DNA of 64,000 nucleotides from Nevskiales bacterium (GTDB lineage: Bacteria > Pseudomonadota > Gammaproteobacteria > Nevskiales > JBOICV01). The translations under genes were made by a program, and so were the position numbers. The notes under the pieces are model-generated. The model did no database searches, was not told the origin of the DNA, and worked only from the letters and a program-made list of their open reading frames with translations. Location of the stretch: assembly GCA_050740255.1 (NCBI GenBank), contig JBOICV010000051.1, forward strand, positions 7,118 to 71,117, written 5' to 3'. Below are positions 44,368 through 54,388 of this stretch, piece after piece (the first letter of the stretch is position 1; every line of letters starts with the position of its first letter).

Positions 44368-45759
44368 TCACGGGCTGAACATCACCGCCATTTCGCCGTA
44401 GGAGCGCAAGCCGAGTCCGATTCCGTGTTCGAATAATTGCGCCCGTGTCGGCTGCGTTCCCACCAACCCGCCCCAAAGATCGAAGCCCGGCGCATCAACC
44501 CGCGCCAGCTCGGTGTCGAGCCAGGCCCGGCGATCCGCCACTTCTTTTTCCATCGGCCAGTGCGCCGCGGCTGCAAGCGTTTCGGCGAGCACCGGCTGCT
44601 CCGCCCAGCGGGTATGCCAACCCAGCGGATTGAAGCGCGTTGGCGCGAGCTGCAGATCGGCGAGCCGCAAAGCGTTCTGCGCCGGGTCGTAAGCCAAGTC
44701 GCCGGTGAGATGGAGTTTGGCGCGATCGCTCCACCAAGCGTCGTCCCTGCGGCTGCGCACTGTCAAGCTGAGCGCCAGCCGCTCGCCCGCGGGATACATT
44801 TCCAGCTTTTCGATCAGCACTGAACCGGCGGGCAAGCGGATGGCCTGCCCCGCGATTTGCCCGAGCACCCGCTCGGCTGCGTCCGCGTAAGACAGCACTA
44901 AGCGGTGATCCAACACCAGTCGATTCGCTGGTGGTTTACCTTTTTGCAGTTCGGGCAAAGGCAGGCTGCCGCCAGGCGGCGCCTGCTCGCCCTCCAGCAT
45001 CAAGGGCTGCGCGCCTATCCAGAAATTGATTCGAATGTCGGTTGCATCGCTGGTGACCGGCTCGAGCCAGGCCGCGTGCGGCCGCAGCAGCAACCACTGC
45101 GGCGGTTCGGCCGGGCGCGGGCTTTTCAGCGCAATGGGCGTCTGTAATTGCTTCCAGCCGGCTTCGGCCAGTTGCCGCAGCTTGAAGCGTTCGCGCGCGG
45201 TTTGTTCGATCTTGGCGCTTTCCTGATTAAGCGCCTTCTGGATATAAGGTTCCAGCCGATCGCCGATGCGGATGCGGAAGGGCCAGAAGCCGACCCGCGG
45301 TTGCCAGTCCCAGCGGAAAGTGGTTTTAACGTCAAGCGCCGGATTCCAGTCGGGCGCGACGTCGAAACGGGCATCCGTAATCAGGGTGATCTCACCGTCG
45401 GTTTCGAGGTCGCCCTCGATCTCGAACTCGAGCGGCAACTCCATATGCAATCTGGCCTTGCGCAGCCACAAGACCAGCGGCCCATCGCGCTCCACCGTTA
45501 CCTGCAGATCCCGGCCCGGGACTTTTACCGTTTCGGCAAACAATTTCTCCGACAGCGATTCGCGCACCGTGGACTTGATCTGCTCCACCGGCAGCACAAA
45601 GGGAATGGCGAGGTAGGCTGCGGGCGCTTCGATTGACGCCGGCGGCGCCAGGGCGCGCTCCGGAGCGGCCGTCAGCGGCATTGGATAAACCGCGCTGGCA
45701 AGCGCGGCCAGAATTGCACCCGCGATTATGACCAGAACTATCAGAGTCCAACGCATCAT
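44368..45759 (-). CDS. exported protein, DUF4403-like (tentative)
   Basis: N-terminal TM/signal segment. 463 aa. Consistent G/C third positions. The family label comes from recollection of overall architecture only. Confidence 0.6.
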   Translation of the reverse strand: MMRWTLIVLVIIAGAILAALASAVYPMPLTAAPERALAPPASIEAPAAYLAIPFVLPVEQIKSTVRESLSEKLFAETVKVPGRDLQVTVERDGPLVLWLRKARLHMELPLEFEIEGDLETDGEITLITDARFDVAPDWNPALDVKTTFRWDWQPRVGFWPFRIRIGDRLEPYIQKALNQESAKIEQTARERFKLRQLAEAGWKQLQTPIALKSPRPAEPPQWLLLRPHAAWLEPVTSDATDIRINFWIGAQPLMLEGEQAPPGGSLPLPELQKGKPPANRLVLDHRLVLSYADAAERVLGQIAGQAIRLPAGSVLIEKLEMYPAGERLALSLTVRSRRDDAWWSDRAKLHLTGDLAYDPAQNALRLADLQLAPTRFNPLGWHTRWAEQPVLAETLAAAAHWPMEKEVADRRAWLDTELARVDAPGFDLWGGLVGTQPTRAQLFEHGIGLGLRSYGEMAVMFSP

Positions 45760-45861
45760 CGTTCTACCAGCCTGTAAACGTCGCGGTTACATCATCGCCT
45801 GAATATGGTGCTGAACGCCACGCATTGCTAGGCTACGAGCCCCGTCCCGTTCGATCATCCC

Positions 45862-46791
45862 ATGCGCCGCGTACTGCTTGTTCTTGCCATCCTGCCGGCT
45901 CTTCTGCTCGGCGGCTTCGTCGCCTTTGATCGGCTATTCCCCGAAGCAGCCGCGAATCTCTACATCGGGATGCAGCGTTCGCGCGCCGATCTTGAACCAA
46001 AAAGCGTCGCCATCCCGGGATTCGAGATTGCGTATCTCGAAGGCGGCAGCGGCGAAACCTTGGTGCTCATCCACGGCAGCGGTGCGGATAAAGGCAACTG
46101 GATTCCTATCGCGCGCCATCTCACTCCGCATTACCGCGTCATTGCGCTCGATCTGCCCGGTTACGGCGACAGCAGCAAGCCGGACGCGGCGCGTTACCGC
46201 ATCGCGGAGCAGCTTATCCGGCTTGACCAGTTCTTCGACGCCCTGAAGCTGGACTCGGTGCATCTTGGCGGTAACAGCATGGGTGGTTTTATCGCAGGAG
46301 CTTACGCCGGCACCCATCGGCAGCGCGTGAAGAGTCTCTGGCTGCTGGCGCCCGGCGGTTTGCGTACCGCCAAGGAATCCGAAGTGCGCCGCATTTATCG
46401 CGAGACGGGTCGCTCGCCGCTATTCCCGGAAAAACCCGAAGACTTCGATCGGGTGCTGGAGTTCGTTTTCGCCAAGCCGCCCTTCATTCCGCATGGCATC
46501 AAGACCGTGCTGGCCGCGCGCGCGGTGCGCAACTTCCAGCTTCACAGCCGTATTTATTCCGAGATCGCCAGTGATGACCTGCGGCTTGAGTATCTGTTGC
46601 CCAGTGTTACCGCGCCAACGCTGGTGTTGTGGGGCGATCAGGATCGTGTGCTGGATGTGTCCGGTGCCGAGATCGTGCAGCAGTTGCTACCGTCGGCCAA
46701 GGTCGTCATTCTGACCGGCGTCGGCCATGTGCCGATGATTGAGGCGCCGGCAGCGAGCGCCAAGGCCTTGCTGGATTTTCAGGCCAGGTGA
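45862..46791 (+). CDS. alpha/beta hydrolase
   Basis: HGSGADKGNW, nucleophile elbow GGNSMGG, C-terminal GVGHVPMIEAP. N-terminal anchor. Confidence 0.85.
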   Translation: MRRVLLVLAILPALLLGGFVAFDRLFPEAAANLYIGMQRSRADLEPKSVAIPGFEIAYLEGGSGETLVLIHGSGADKGNWIPIARHLTPHYRVIALDLPGYGDSSKPDAARYRIAEQLIRLDQFFDALKLDSVHLGGNSMGGFIAGAYAGTHRQRVKSLWLLAPGGLRTAKESEVRRIYRETGRSPLFPEKPEDFDRVLEFVFAKPPFIPHGIKTVLAARAVRNFQLHSRIYSEIASDDLRLEYLLPSVTAPTLVLWGDQDRVLDVSGAEIVQQLLPSAKVVILTGVGHVPMIEAPAASAKALLDFQAR

Positions 46792-46914
46792 GGGCGCGGT
46801 CGCATAGATCAATTCAGAATAAGAAACTTCCTAACAATTACTTTTAATTTTTTCCGCATTGCGGCATTCTACGCGGCCTCGCGCTCCGGATGAGCGTGTT
46901 TTTTTAGAGGCAGC

Positions 46915-47970
46915 ATGAGCATTCACACGGATACGGTTATTGTCGGCGCAGGCCCGGTCGGCCTGTTTCAGGTCTTCGAGCTGGGCCTGCTGGGCATCCA
47001 TGCGCATGTGATTGACAGCCTGTCCGCGCCCGGCGGCCAGTGCACCGAGCTGTATCCGGACAAACCCATCTACGACATTCCCGCGCTGCCCTCGGTCGGC
47101 GCGCAGGAGCTGATTGAGCGCCTGCTGGAACAGGGCAAGCCGTTCAATCCGACCTTCCATCTCGGCCAGCAGGTGCAGGAAGTACATCCCCTGCCGGGCG
47201 GCGGCTTTTATCTGAAAACCAGCAAGGGCACTGAGTTTCACACCAGGACCGTGATCATCGCGGGCGGCGTCGGTGCGTTCCAGCCGGTGGCGCTGCATGT
47301 ACCGGGCGTCGAGCGGCATCTCGACCAGCAGGTGTTCTACCGCGTGAAGGATCCCAGCATCCATCACGGCAGGCACGTCGTGGTGCTGGGCGGCGGCGAT
47401 TCGGCGCTCGACTGGAGCTTGAATCTGGTTGGGAAAGCGGAAAGCGTGATGCTGATCCATCGCTCGGAGAAGTTCAAGGCGCAGCCGGCGTCGGTCGAGA
47501 AGATGCGCAAGCACTGCGAGCAATGGGATATGCAGTTCCTGCTCGGCAGCGTTAGCGGGATCCACGAGGAAAACGGCCAGCTCAAGCAGTTGCTGGTGAC
47601 CGGCGGTGACAGTGTGGTGCGCCGCCTGGACCTGGATCATCTGCTGGTGTTCTTCGGCCTGCATCCCAAGCTCGGTCCGATCGCCGAGTGGGGCCTGGAG
47701 TTGAACAAGCACCAGCTCAAAGTGGACACCGAGAAGTTCGAGACCAATGTGCCCGGCATCTTCGCCGTGGGCGATATCAACTGGTATCCGGGCAAGAAGA
47801 AACTGATTCTGTCTGGCTTTCACGAGGCCGCGCTTGCCGCTTTCGCCATCAAGGCGCGGCTGAATCCGGGTGAAAAGGTGCATCTGCAATACACCACCAC
47901 CAGCCCGATCATGCACCAGCGGCTGGGCGTGGACGATCCGTTCGCTGCCGAAAAGAAGCGCGTCGCGTAG
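46915..47970 (+). CDS. thioredoxin-reductase-like ferredoxin-NADP+ reductase
   Basis: VIVGAGPVGLF...PGGQCTELYPDKPIYDIP, second dinucleotide motif VLGGGDSALD, and AVGDI. Confidence 0.9.
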   Translation: MSIHTDTVIVGAGPVGLFQVFELGLLGIHAHVIDSLSAPGGQCTELYPDKPIYDIPALPSVGAQELIERLLEQGKPFNPTFHLGQQVQEVHPLPGGGFYLKTSKGTEFHTRTVIIAGGVGAFQPVALHVPGVERHLDQQVFYRVKDPSIHHGRHVVVLGGGDSALDWSLNLVGKAESVMLIHRSEKFKAQPASVEKMRKHCEQWDMQFLLGSVSGIHEENGQLKQLLVTGGDSVVRRLDLDHLLVFFGLHPKLGPIAEWGLELNKHQLKVDTEKFETNVPGIFAVGDINWYPGKKKLILSGFHEAALAAFAIKARLNPGEKVHLQYTTTSPIMHQRLGVDDPFAAEKKRVA

Positions 47971-48032
47971 ATTTCATTTGCCGTGTCCGCCCCGTTCAGG
48001 GCGAACGGCTGATTTCCGCCGCATAATGCTAG

Positions 48033-48083
48033 TGTAGGAGCGGCTTTAGCCGCGAAGGGGTCGCGACTGAAGTCGCTCCTACA
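48033..48083. repeat. REP-like palindromic element (family C)
   Basis: TGTAGGAGCG...CGCTCCTACA outer arms enclose GCGGCT-tt-AGCCGC and GCGAC-tgaa-GTCGC hairpins. Confidence 0.6.
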
Positions 48084-48154
48084 AATCCGCGCTTTGAGAG
48101 CGGGTCGCGCGCGGCGCGCTCCTGGACCAACCCCGCCAGTGTGAGGATGCGGTC

Positions 48155-48574
48155 GTGAAAAGCCATCGCAAAGAACTCTGGTTCAACACGCCGGACCGCA
48201 CCGCCTTCATCAACATCACGCCGCAGGTTGAAGAGGCGCTGAGAGAAAGCGGCATTAAGGAAGGTTTGGCGCTGATCAATGCGATGCATATCAGCGCCTC
48301 GGTCTTCATCAACGATGACGAGTCCGGCCTGCATCAGGATTTCGCCCGCTGGCTGGAACAGCTCGCCCCGCATGAGCCCATCAAACAGTGGCGGCACAAC
48401 GACACCGGCGAGGACAACGCCGACTCGCACATCAAGCGCCAGGTGATGGGTCGGGAAGTGGTCGTCGCGATCACCAACGGCAAGCTCGACTTCGGTCCGT
48501 GGGAGCAGATTTTCTACGGCGAATTTGACGGTCGCCGCAAGAAACGCGTGGTGGTGAAAATCATTGGAGAGTAG
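48155..48574 (+). CDS. YjbQ/UPF0047-family protein (secondary thiamine-phosphate synthase fold)
   Basis: [12 protein letters not shown]...[17 protein letters not shown]...NADSHIK motifs. 139 aa. Confidence 0.85.
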   Translation: MKSHRKELWFNTPDRTAFINITPQVEEALRESGIKEGLALINAMHISASVFINDDESGLHQDFARWLEQLAPHEPIKQWRHNDTGEDNADSHIKRQVMGREVVVAITNGKLDFGPWEQIFYGEFDGRRKKRVVVKIIGE

Positions 48575-49475
48575 TAGCAGTTCTTGAACACTCCAAACGC
48601 ACCTGCTCGCGAATAATCTCCGCCAGGCGTGAAGCGGCGCGGCCGGGGTAGTCACGATCGGCGAACACGAGATACAGCGTGGCCTCGCGGACTGCGCCTT
48701 CGGCCAGTGGCAAGGGCTTGAGTTGACCCGACTGGAGTTCCTCGCGGATGTTGTCTTCCGGATACCAGGCAAAACCGTGGCCCAGCACAGCGGCGCGGAT
48801 GGACGTAGCCTTGTGCGACACTGTCCAACGTTGCTCGGCGCCCTCCCACACGCCGGCCCGGGTGCGTTGCGTACCGGAGTCGCGGATCACCAGATGGCGA
48901 TGCTTGCGCAAGTCGCGATAGTTGAGCCTGCGGCCAAGCTGGTGCAGCGGATGCGAGGGTGCCGCGGCAGCGATGAAACGCAGGCGCATCAGTGGATCGG
49001 CCAGAAAACCCGGCGGCACCAGCGAGACGATGGCCAGATCCACGCGACGTTCGAGCAATAATTCGTCAGTGCCGCCCAGCACCGATTCATACAGCTCGAC
49101 GCGCGTTCTGGGATGTTCCCGCCCGAATGCGCCAAAGCATTCGAGTAACAGCCAGGTGGGGAAAATTACCTCCACTGCCAGCTTCACCTCTGCTTCCCAA
49201 CCTTGCGCCAGATCCGCCGCACCGTCTTCCAACTGGCTCGCCTCCTCCAGCAGGGTGCGTGCACGCCGGTATAGCACTTGGCCCGCTTCGGTGAGCACCG
49301 CCTTGCGACCCTGAATCCTGAAGGCCTTCAGATCCAGCAGCTTCTCGATTTTCTGCACCGCATAGGTCACCGTAGATTGCGACTTGTGCAGTACAGCCGC
49401 CGCCTGCGCGTAGCCGCCGGCTTCAACTACGGCCGCTAGCGCACGCCATTGTTCTAAGGTGATTTTTGGATTCAT
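48561..49475 (-). CDS. LysR-family transcriptional regulator
   Basis: N-terminal HTH ([38 protein letters not shown]) plus a LysR substrate-binding domain. Divergent from azoR. Confidence 0.9.
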   Translation of the reverse strand: MNPKITLEQWRALAAVVEAGGYAQAAAVLHKSQSTVTYAVQKIEKLLDLKAFRIQGRKAVLTEAGQVLYRRARTLLEEASQLEDGAADLAQGWEAEVKLAVEVIFPTWLLLECFGAFGREHPRTRVELYESVLGGTDELLLERRVDLAIVSLVPPGFLADPLMRLRFIAAAAPSHPLHQLGRRLNYRDLRKHRHLVIRDSGTQRTRAGVWEGAEQRWTVSHKATSIRAAVLGHGFAWYPEDNIREELQSGQLKPLPLAEGAVREATLYLVFADRDYPGRAASRLAEIIREQVRLECSRTATTLQ

Positions 49476-49476
49476 T

Positions 49477-49491
49477 ATCTATTAATTAGAT
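49477..49491. promoter_or_regulatory. candidate LysR box (T-N11-A palindrome)
   Basis: Perfect 15-bp palindrome ATCTATTAATTAGAT in the LysR/azoR divergent intergenic region. Confidence 0.4.
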
Positions 49492-49574
49492 CATATAAGT
49501 CGAAATATTCCGCTTTTTTATCTATCAAATCAATACTTAAATAGGCTCACATCCAAATACCACTGGAGTGAGTC

Positions 49575-50195
49575 ATGCCCACACTATTGAAGATCAACAG
49601 CAGCCTGTACGGTGAAACCGGCCAGTCTTCACAGCTCGCCGAACGCTTTGTACAGATCTGGCGCAAACAGCAGCCCGACGGCCGCGTCATCGCGCGCGAC
49701 CTGGGCCAGCAGCCGATCCCACATCTCAGCACCGAGCGTTTCCAGGCTTTCATCACCAAGCCGGAACAGCGCAATGCCGAGCAGCAGGCGGTCGCCGCGG
49801 AGAGTGATGCGCTGATTAATGAGCTGAAGCTGGCCGATGTCATCGTGCTTGGACTGCCGATGTACAACTTCGGCGTACCTTCGCAGCTCAAAGCCTATTT
49901 CGATCACATCGCCCGCGCCGGTCTGACCTTTCGTTACACCGCGAACGGGCCGGAAGGATTGCTAAAGGGCAAGAAGGTTTACGTGTTCGCCACGCGCGGC
50001 GGTCAATACGCCGGCACGGCGCTGGACACGGAAACCCAGTATGTGCGCGACTTCCTCGCCTTCCTCGGCATCACCGACGTCGAGTTCGTATACGCGGAGG
50101 GTCTGGCCATCAGCGCGGAATCGAAGCAGGCTAGTCTGGTCCAAGCTCAGAGTGCGATTAAGCGCCTGACCGAGCCGGCCGCACTTGCTGCTTAA
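49575..50195 (+). CDS. azoR: FMN-dependent NADH-azoreductase
   Basis: LKINSSLYGETGQSSQL...PMYNFGVPSQLKAYFDHIARAGLTFRYTANGPEGLL. As I recall E. coli AzoR, the match is collinear. Confidence 0.9.
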   Translation: MPTLLKINSSLYGETGQSSQLAERFVQIWRKQQPDGRVIARDLGQQPIPHLSTERFQAFITKPEQRNAEQQAVAAESDALINELKLADVIVLGLPMYNFGVPSQLKAYFDHIARAGLTFRYTANGPEGLLKGKKVYVFATRGGQYAGTALDTETQYVRDFLAFLGITDVEFVYAEGLAISAESKQASLVQAQSAIKRLTEPAALAA

Positions 50196-50222
50196 CGCAT
50201 TAATCCCACTAGGAGACCTGCA

Positions 50223-50612
50223 ATGAACAAACTCGAACACTCCGCTGAACTCGCCGGCCGCATTCTGCTGGCCGCCATCTTTCTGCTGGCGGGCCTGAGC
50301 AAAATCACCGGCTACGAAGGAACCCAGGCCTATATGGCTTCGGCCGGTGTGCCTGGCATGTTGCTGCCGCTCGTGATTGTGCTGGAGGTCGGTGGCGCGC
50401 TGGCGCTGATTGCGGGTTTCCAGACCCGCCTGGCGGCGCTCGCCTTGGCCGGTTTCAGTCTGCTGACCGCCGCCCTGTTCCACAACAAGCTCGGCGATCA
50501 GATGCAGTTCGTTCTGTTCTTCAAGAACCTAGCGATCGCCGGCGGCTTTCTGATCGTCGCGGTAAATGGCGCAGGCGCGTGGAGCCTGGATCGAAAATTT
50601 GCCCGAAGCTGA
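50223..50612 (+). CDS. DoxX-family membrane protein
   Basis: 129 aa, 4 TM. GRILLAAIFLLAGLSKI and typical DoxX spacing. Confidence 0.85.
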   Translation: MNKLEHSAELAGRILLAAIFLLAGLSKITGYEGTQAYMASAGVPGMLLPLVIVLEVGGALALIAGFQTRLAALALAGFSLLTAALFHNKLGDQMQFVLFFKNLAIAGGFLIVAVNGAGAWSLDRKFARS

Positions 50613-50638
50613 CACCACGAATCTTGAGGAGCTTGATC

Positions 50639-51502
50639 ATGACCACACGCAGCTTGCAACAGGTCATTCCCTCCGTGCCGACTTCGGACGGCGCGGGCGT
50701 CAAGCTGCGCCGCAGCCTCGGCGCGGCGCCGGGTCTGCGGCTCGATCCATTTCTGATGCTGGATGAGTTCTTCTCCGACAACGCGGATGACTATCTCGCC
50801 GGCTTCCCTTCGCATCCGCACCGCGGCTTCGAGACCGTCACCTATATGCTTGACGGCCATATGCGTCACGAAGACCACATGGGCAACCGCGGCGACCTCG
50901 GCCCCGGCGATGTGCAATGGATGACCGCCGCGCGCGGCATCATTCACTCGGAAATGCCCCAGCAGCTCGAGGGGCGCATGCGTGGTTTCCAGCTCTGGCT
51001 CAACCTGCCGGCCAAGGAAAAAATGAAGCCAGCGGCTTACCAAGATATTCCCGCGGCGAAGATTCCGGTCGTCTCCCTGCCCGGCGGCGGCAGCGTGAAG
51101 GTTATCGCCGGCGCTGCAGTGGTAAATGGCGCGACCACGCCCGGACTGGTTCAGGGTGGCAGCACCGAGCCGATTTATTTTGACGTCAAGCTGCCCGCGG
51201 ACGCGCGCTTCGCGCATTCCTTGCCGGCCGCGCATAACGCTTTCCTGTATGTATACGAAGGTTACGTGACCGTCGGACTACGCAAGCTGCAGAGTCATGC
51301 CGCTGGTGTACTTTCGGAAGGCGATAAGTTCGAAGCCGTTGCCGGCCCTGGAGGTGCGCGTTTTATTCTGCTGGCCGGCAAACCGCTGCTCGAGCCCATC
51401 GTGCAATACGGCCCGTTCGTGATGAATACGCGCGAAGAAATCGAGCAAGCGGTGGCGGACTATCGCGACGGCGTACTGGCCCGACCCCACGCCGCCGCCT
51501 AG
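50639..51502 (+). CDS. pirin-family protein
   Basis: I prefer the ATG at 50639, after GAGGAG. Motif FPSHPHRGFETVTYML. Bicupin length of 287 aa. Confidence 0.9.
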   Translation: MTTRSLQQVIPSVPTSDGAGVKLRRSLGAAPGLRLDPFLMLDEFFSDNADDYLAGFPSHPHRGFETVTYMLDGHMRHEDHMGNRGDLGPGDVQWMTAARGIIHSEMPQQLEGRMRGFQLWLNLPAKEKMKPAAYQDIPAAKIPVVSLPGGGSVKVIAGAAVVNGATTPGLVQGGSTEPIYFDVKLPADARFAHSLPAAHNAFLYVYEGYVTVGLRKLQSHAAGVLSEGDKFEAVAGPGGARFILLAGKPLLEPIVQYGPFVMNTREEIEQAVADYRDGVLARPHAAA

Positions 51503-51545
51503 GACTGATCAGTTTGTTCCTTGGACAATTCGTCTAAGCGCGACT

Positions 51546-51575
51546 ATATTATGACTGACGCGTCAGTCATAATAT
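51546..51575. promoter_or_regulatory. 30-bp perfect palindrome (candidate TetR-type operator)
   Basis: ATATTATGACTGACG|CGTCAGTCATAATAT. It lies upstream of the TetR-acyl-CoA dehydrogenase unit. Confidence 0.45.
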
Positions 51576-51624
51576 GGGTAGGCCGTGAAATCCGTTATTA
51601 TACAATGGCATAAGCTATGTTATC

Positions 51625-51928
51625 GTGATGGGGTTGGGGGGCGAACCTGTGCTCATCATGCTCTCCGCGAATCCCGGCGAGAGCCGCGATTTCGACGCTA
51701 TCGCCCCCACCCTCGCGCGCCTACGCTGGTTACCAGCGGCAAATACGATCCGGTCATTCCTGCCCGCACCGATGGGCGTTGCGCAGCCGCCGCCATCCCG
51801 GCGCCAGGCAAATCATCATGAATAGCGGTCACGCACCGTTCGCGGAAATCCCTGAGGACTTTCTCGCTGCAATTGAGCCTTTTCTTGACAGTCTCAAACA
51901 ACAGGAGCCGGTTCGTGCCACGGGCTGA
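51625..51928 (+). pseudogene. decayed alpha/beta hydrolase remnant
   Basis: An N-terminal piece GGEPVLIMLSANPGESRDFDAIAPTLA. C-terminal pieces TLVTSGKYDPVIP and, after a frameshift, IIMNSGHAPFAEIPEDFLAAIEPFL. The nucleophile-elbow core is missing. Confidence 0.6.
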
Positions 51929-52460
51929 TCGCGCCAGCACGCGCCGGCAACTGCTCGCGGCGGGTCTCAATCTCGCGCAACAGCGGCCGCTGGCGAGCCT
52001 GCGTATCGATGATCTGGTACAGGCCGCGGGTGTCGCCAAGGGCACGTTCTACCTGCACTTCAAAGACCGCGCCGAGTATCTGGTTACGCTGCACAGTAAT
52101 CTTCACGACGAAGTAATGCGTAACGTGCAGCACGCCGTCGCGGGTCAAGCACCCAGTCTGGAACGGCTGCTGCTAGGCAGCTTCGCCTATCTCGACGCCT
52201 GCCGGCGCGGCCATCCGGTGAAAGCTTTGCTGATGGAAGCGCGAGTCGAACCCGCCATTCAAATGGAAGTGCAAACGCAGAACGCCCGCTTTGCTCAACG
52301 CGCCGAGCGTGAGTTCGCCGCTGCGCGCTGGCCAGAGTCCCGCCAGGCTGCGCGCCTGTGGGTCGGCATGATGGTGGAAGCGGCGCTGGCAGAGGCAGAG
52401 GCCAACGCGCCGCTGCCTGAAATCCGTAGCAATTTGCGGCGTTTTCTGAATTTCGCCTGA
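51915..52460 (+). CDS. TetR/AcrR-family transcriptional regulator
   Basis: HTH region LRIDDLVQAAGVAKGTFYLHFKDRAEY. I prefer the GTG at 51915, after AGGAG (51902-51906). The track ORF opens at the TTG at 51873. Confidence 0.85.
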   Translation: MPRADRASTRRQLLAAGLNLAQQRPLASLRIDDLVQAAGVAKGTFYLHFKDRAEYLVTLHSNLHDEVMRNVQHAVAGQAPSLERLLLGSFAYLDACRRGHPVKALLMEARVEPAIQMEVQTQNARFAQRAEREFAAARWPESRQAARLWVGMMVEAALAEAEANAPLPEIRSNLRRFLNFA

Positions 52461-52581
52461 TCCCACCTTCTCGGGCCTCGTAGCACCCCACCTGCCTAAA
52501 CTGGCCCAGCCGCGTTAGGCTGTGCGTACAGAATCAGCGGGCCACCCAGGCCGCGTCTCACTATTAGATCCGGAGAGGTCC

Positions 52582-54381
52582 ATGCCCCAATACAACCCAC
52601 CGCTGCGCGACATGAAATTTGTGCTGCACGAGATGTTTAACGTAGAAAAACAGTTGCGCAAGCTGCCGCCGCACGCCGACATTGATGCGGCCACGATTGA
52701 TACCGTGCTGGAGGAAGGCGGCAAGTTCTGCTCGGAAGTGCTCGCTCCACTTAACCCGGTCGGCGACCGCGAGGGCTGCAAGTTACAAGGCGATGGCGTC
52801 GTCACTACGCCGACCGGTTTTAAGGAGGCCTACAAGCAGTTCGTCGAGGCCGGCTGGCCCTCGCTGGGCTGCGATCCGGAATATGGCGGCCAGGGACTGC
52901 CGCACGTGGTGGATAGCGCCTTCATGGAAATGATGAACTCCGCCAACCAGGCTTGGGGCATGTATCCGGGCCTGTCGCATGGCGCTTACAACGCGCTGCA
53001 GGCCTTCGGCACGCCGGAACAGAAAAATCTGTACCTGCCCAAGCTCACCTCGGGCGAGTGGACCGGCACCATGTGTCTCACCGAGGCGCACTGCGGCACC
53101 GATCTGGGCCTGCTCAAGAGCCGCGCCGAACCCAGTGTCGATTTCGGGGCCGACGGCTCCTACTCGATCACCGGCACCAAGATCTTCATCTCCGCCGGCG
53201 AGCACGACATGGCCCAGAACATCATCCATCTCGTGCTCGCGCGGCTGCCGGACGCGCCCGGCGGCACCAAGGGCATCTCGTTGTTCATCGTGCCCAAATT
53301 CGTACCGAAAGCCGATGGCGCAATCGGCGAGCGCAATGGCGTGAAGTGCGGCTCGCTCGAACACAAGATGGGCATACACGGCAACGCCACCTGCGTGATC
53401 AACCTTGACGGGGCGAAGGGCTGGCTGGTCGGCCAACCCCACAAAGGTCTCAACGCGATGTTCGTGATGATGAACAGCGCACGTCTTGGCGTCGGCATGC
53501 AGTCGCTGGGTCTGGCCGAGTTTGCGTATCAAAACTCGCTGGCCTACGCGAAAGATCGGCTGCAGGGCCGTGCGCTGACCGGCCCCAAGCTGAAAGACAA
53601 ACCGGCCGATCCGATCATCGAACATCCCGACGTGCGCCGCATGTTGCTCACGCAAAAAGCTTATGTCGAAGCCGCACGCGCGTTTACCTACTGGGCGGGT
53701 CTGGCGATCGATTTCGAAAAGAAGCATCCGGACGAAAAAATCCGCAAGGACAACGCTGATCTGGTCGCGTTACTTACTCCCGTCGTCAAGGGTTTCATCA
53801 CCGACAATGGCTACGAGTCCACCACGCTCGCTATGCAGGTGCTGGGCGGTCACGGCTATATCGCCGAGTGGGGCCTGGAGCAGTGCGTGCGCGACGCGCG
53901 CATCAATATGATTTACGAGGGCACCAATACGATTCAGGCGCTCGACCTTCTGGGCCGGAAAGTGCTGGGCGATATGGGTGCGCGGCTGATGAAGTTCGGC
54001 AAGGTGATTCAGGACGTGATCAAGTCGCATGCCGACAACCCGGCGATGAAGGAATTCACCGAACCGCTGGGCGCGTTATCGGCGGAAGTACAAAAGCTCA
54101 CCGGCGAGATCGGCCAGAAGGCGATGAAGAACCCGGACGAGGCCGGCGCTGCCGCCGTGCCTTATCTGCGCATCATCGGCCACCTGGTATTTTCGTTTTC
54201 CTGGTGCTATGCCGCTGGCGTCGCGATCAAGAAACTCGACTCGGGCGATCCTTTCTACAATGCCAAGCTCATCACCGCGCGCTTCTACTTCGCCAAGCTT
54301 TACCCGGAAACCGCGGGCCTGATCAAGCAGGTGCGCGCCGGCGCCGCGCCGCTGATGGAGCTGGAAGCCGCTTCCTTCTAA
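52582..54381 (+). CDS. long-form acyl-CoA dehydrogenase (about 600 aa, with C-terminal extension)
   Basis: I prefer the ATG at 52582, after GGAGAGG. ACAD blocks LTEAHCGTDL, GEHDMAQNIIHLVLAR and QVLGGHGYIAEWGLEQCVRDARI. Confidence 0.9.
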   Translation: MPQYNPPLRDMKFVLHEMFNVEKQLRKLPPHADIDAATIDTVLEEGGKFCSEVLAPLNPVGDREGCKLQGDGVVTTPTGFKEAYKQFVEAGWPSLGCDPEYGGQGLPHVVDSAFMEMMNSANQAWGMYPGLSHGAYNALQAFGTPEQKNLYLPKLTSGEWTGTMCLTEAHCGTDLGLLKSRAEPSVDFGADGSYSITGTKIFISAGEHDMAQNIIHLVLARLPDAPGGTKGISLFIVPKFVPKADGAIGERNGVKCGSLEHKMGIHGNATCVINLDGAKGWLVGQPHKGLNAMFVMMNSARLGVGMQSLGLAEFAYQNSLAYAKDRLQGRALTGPKLKDKPADPIIEHPDVRRMLLTQKAYVEAARAFTYWAGLAIDFEKKHPDEKIRKDNADLVALLTPVVKGFITDNGYESTTLAMQVLGGHGYIAEWGLEQCVRDARINMIYEGTNTIQALDLLGRKVLGDMGARLMKFGKVIQDVIKSHADNPAMKEFTEPLGALSAEVQKLTGEIGQKAMKNPDEAGAAAVPYLRIIGHLVFSFSWCYAAGVAIKKLDSGDPFYNAKLITARFYFAKLYPETAGLIKQVRAGAAPLMELEAASF

Positions 54382-54388
54382 TCTGGCT

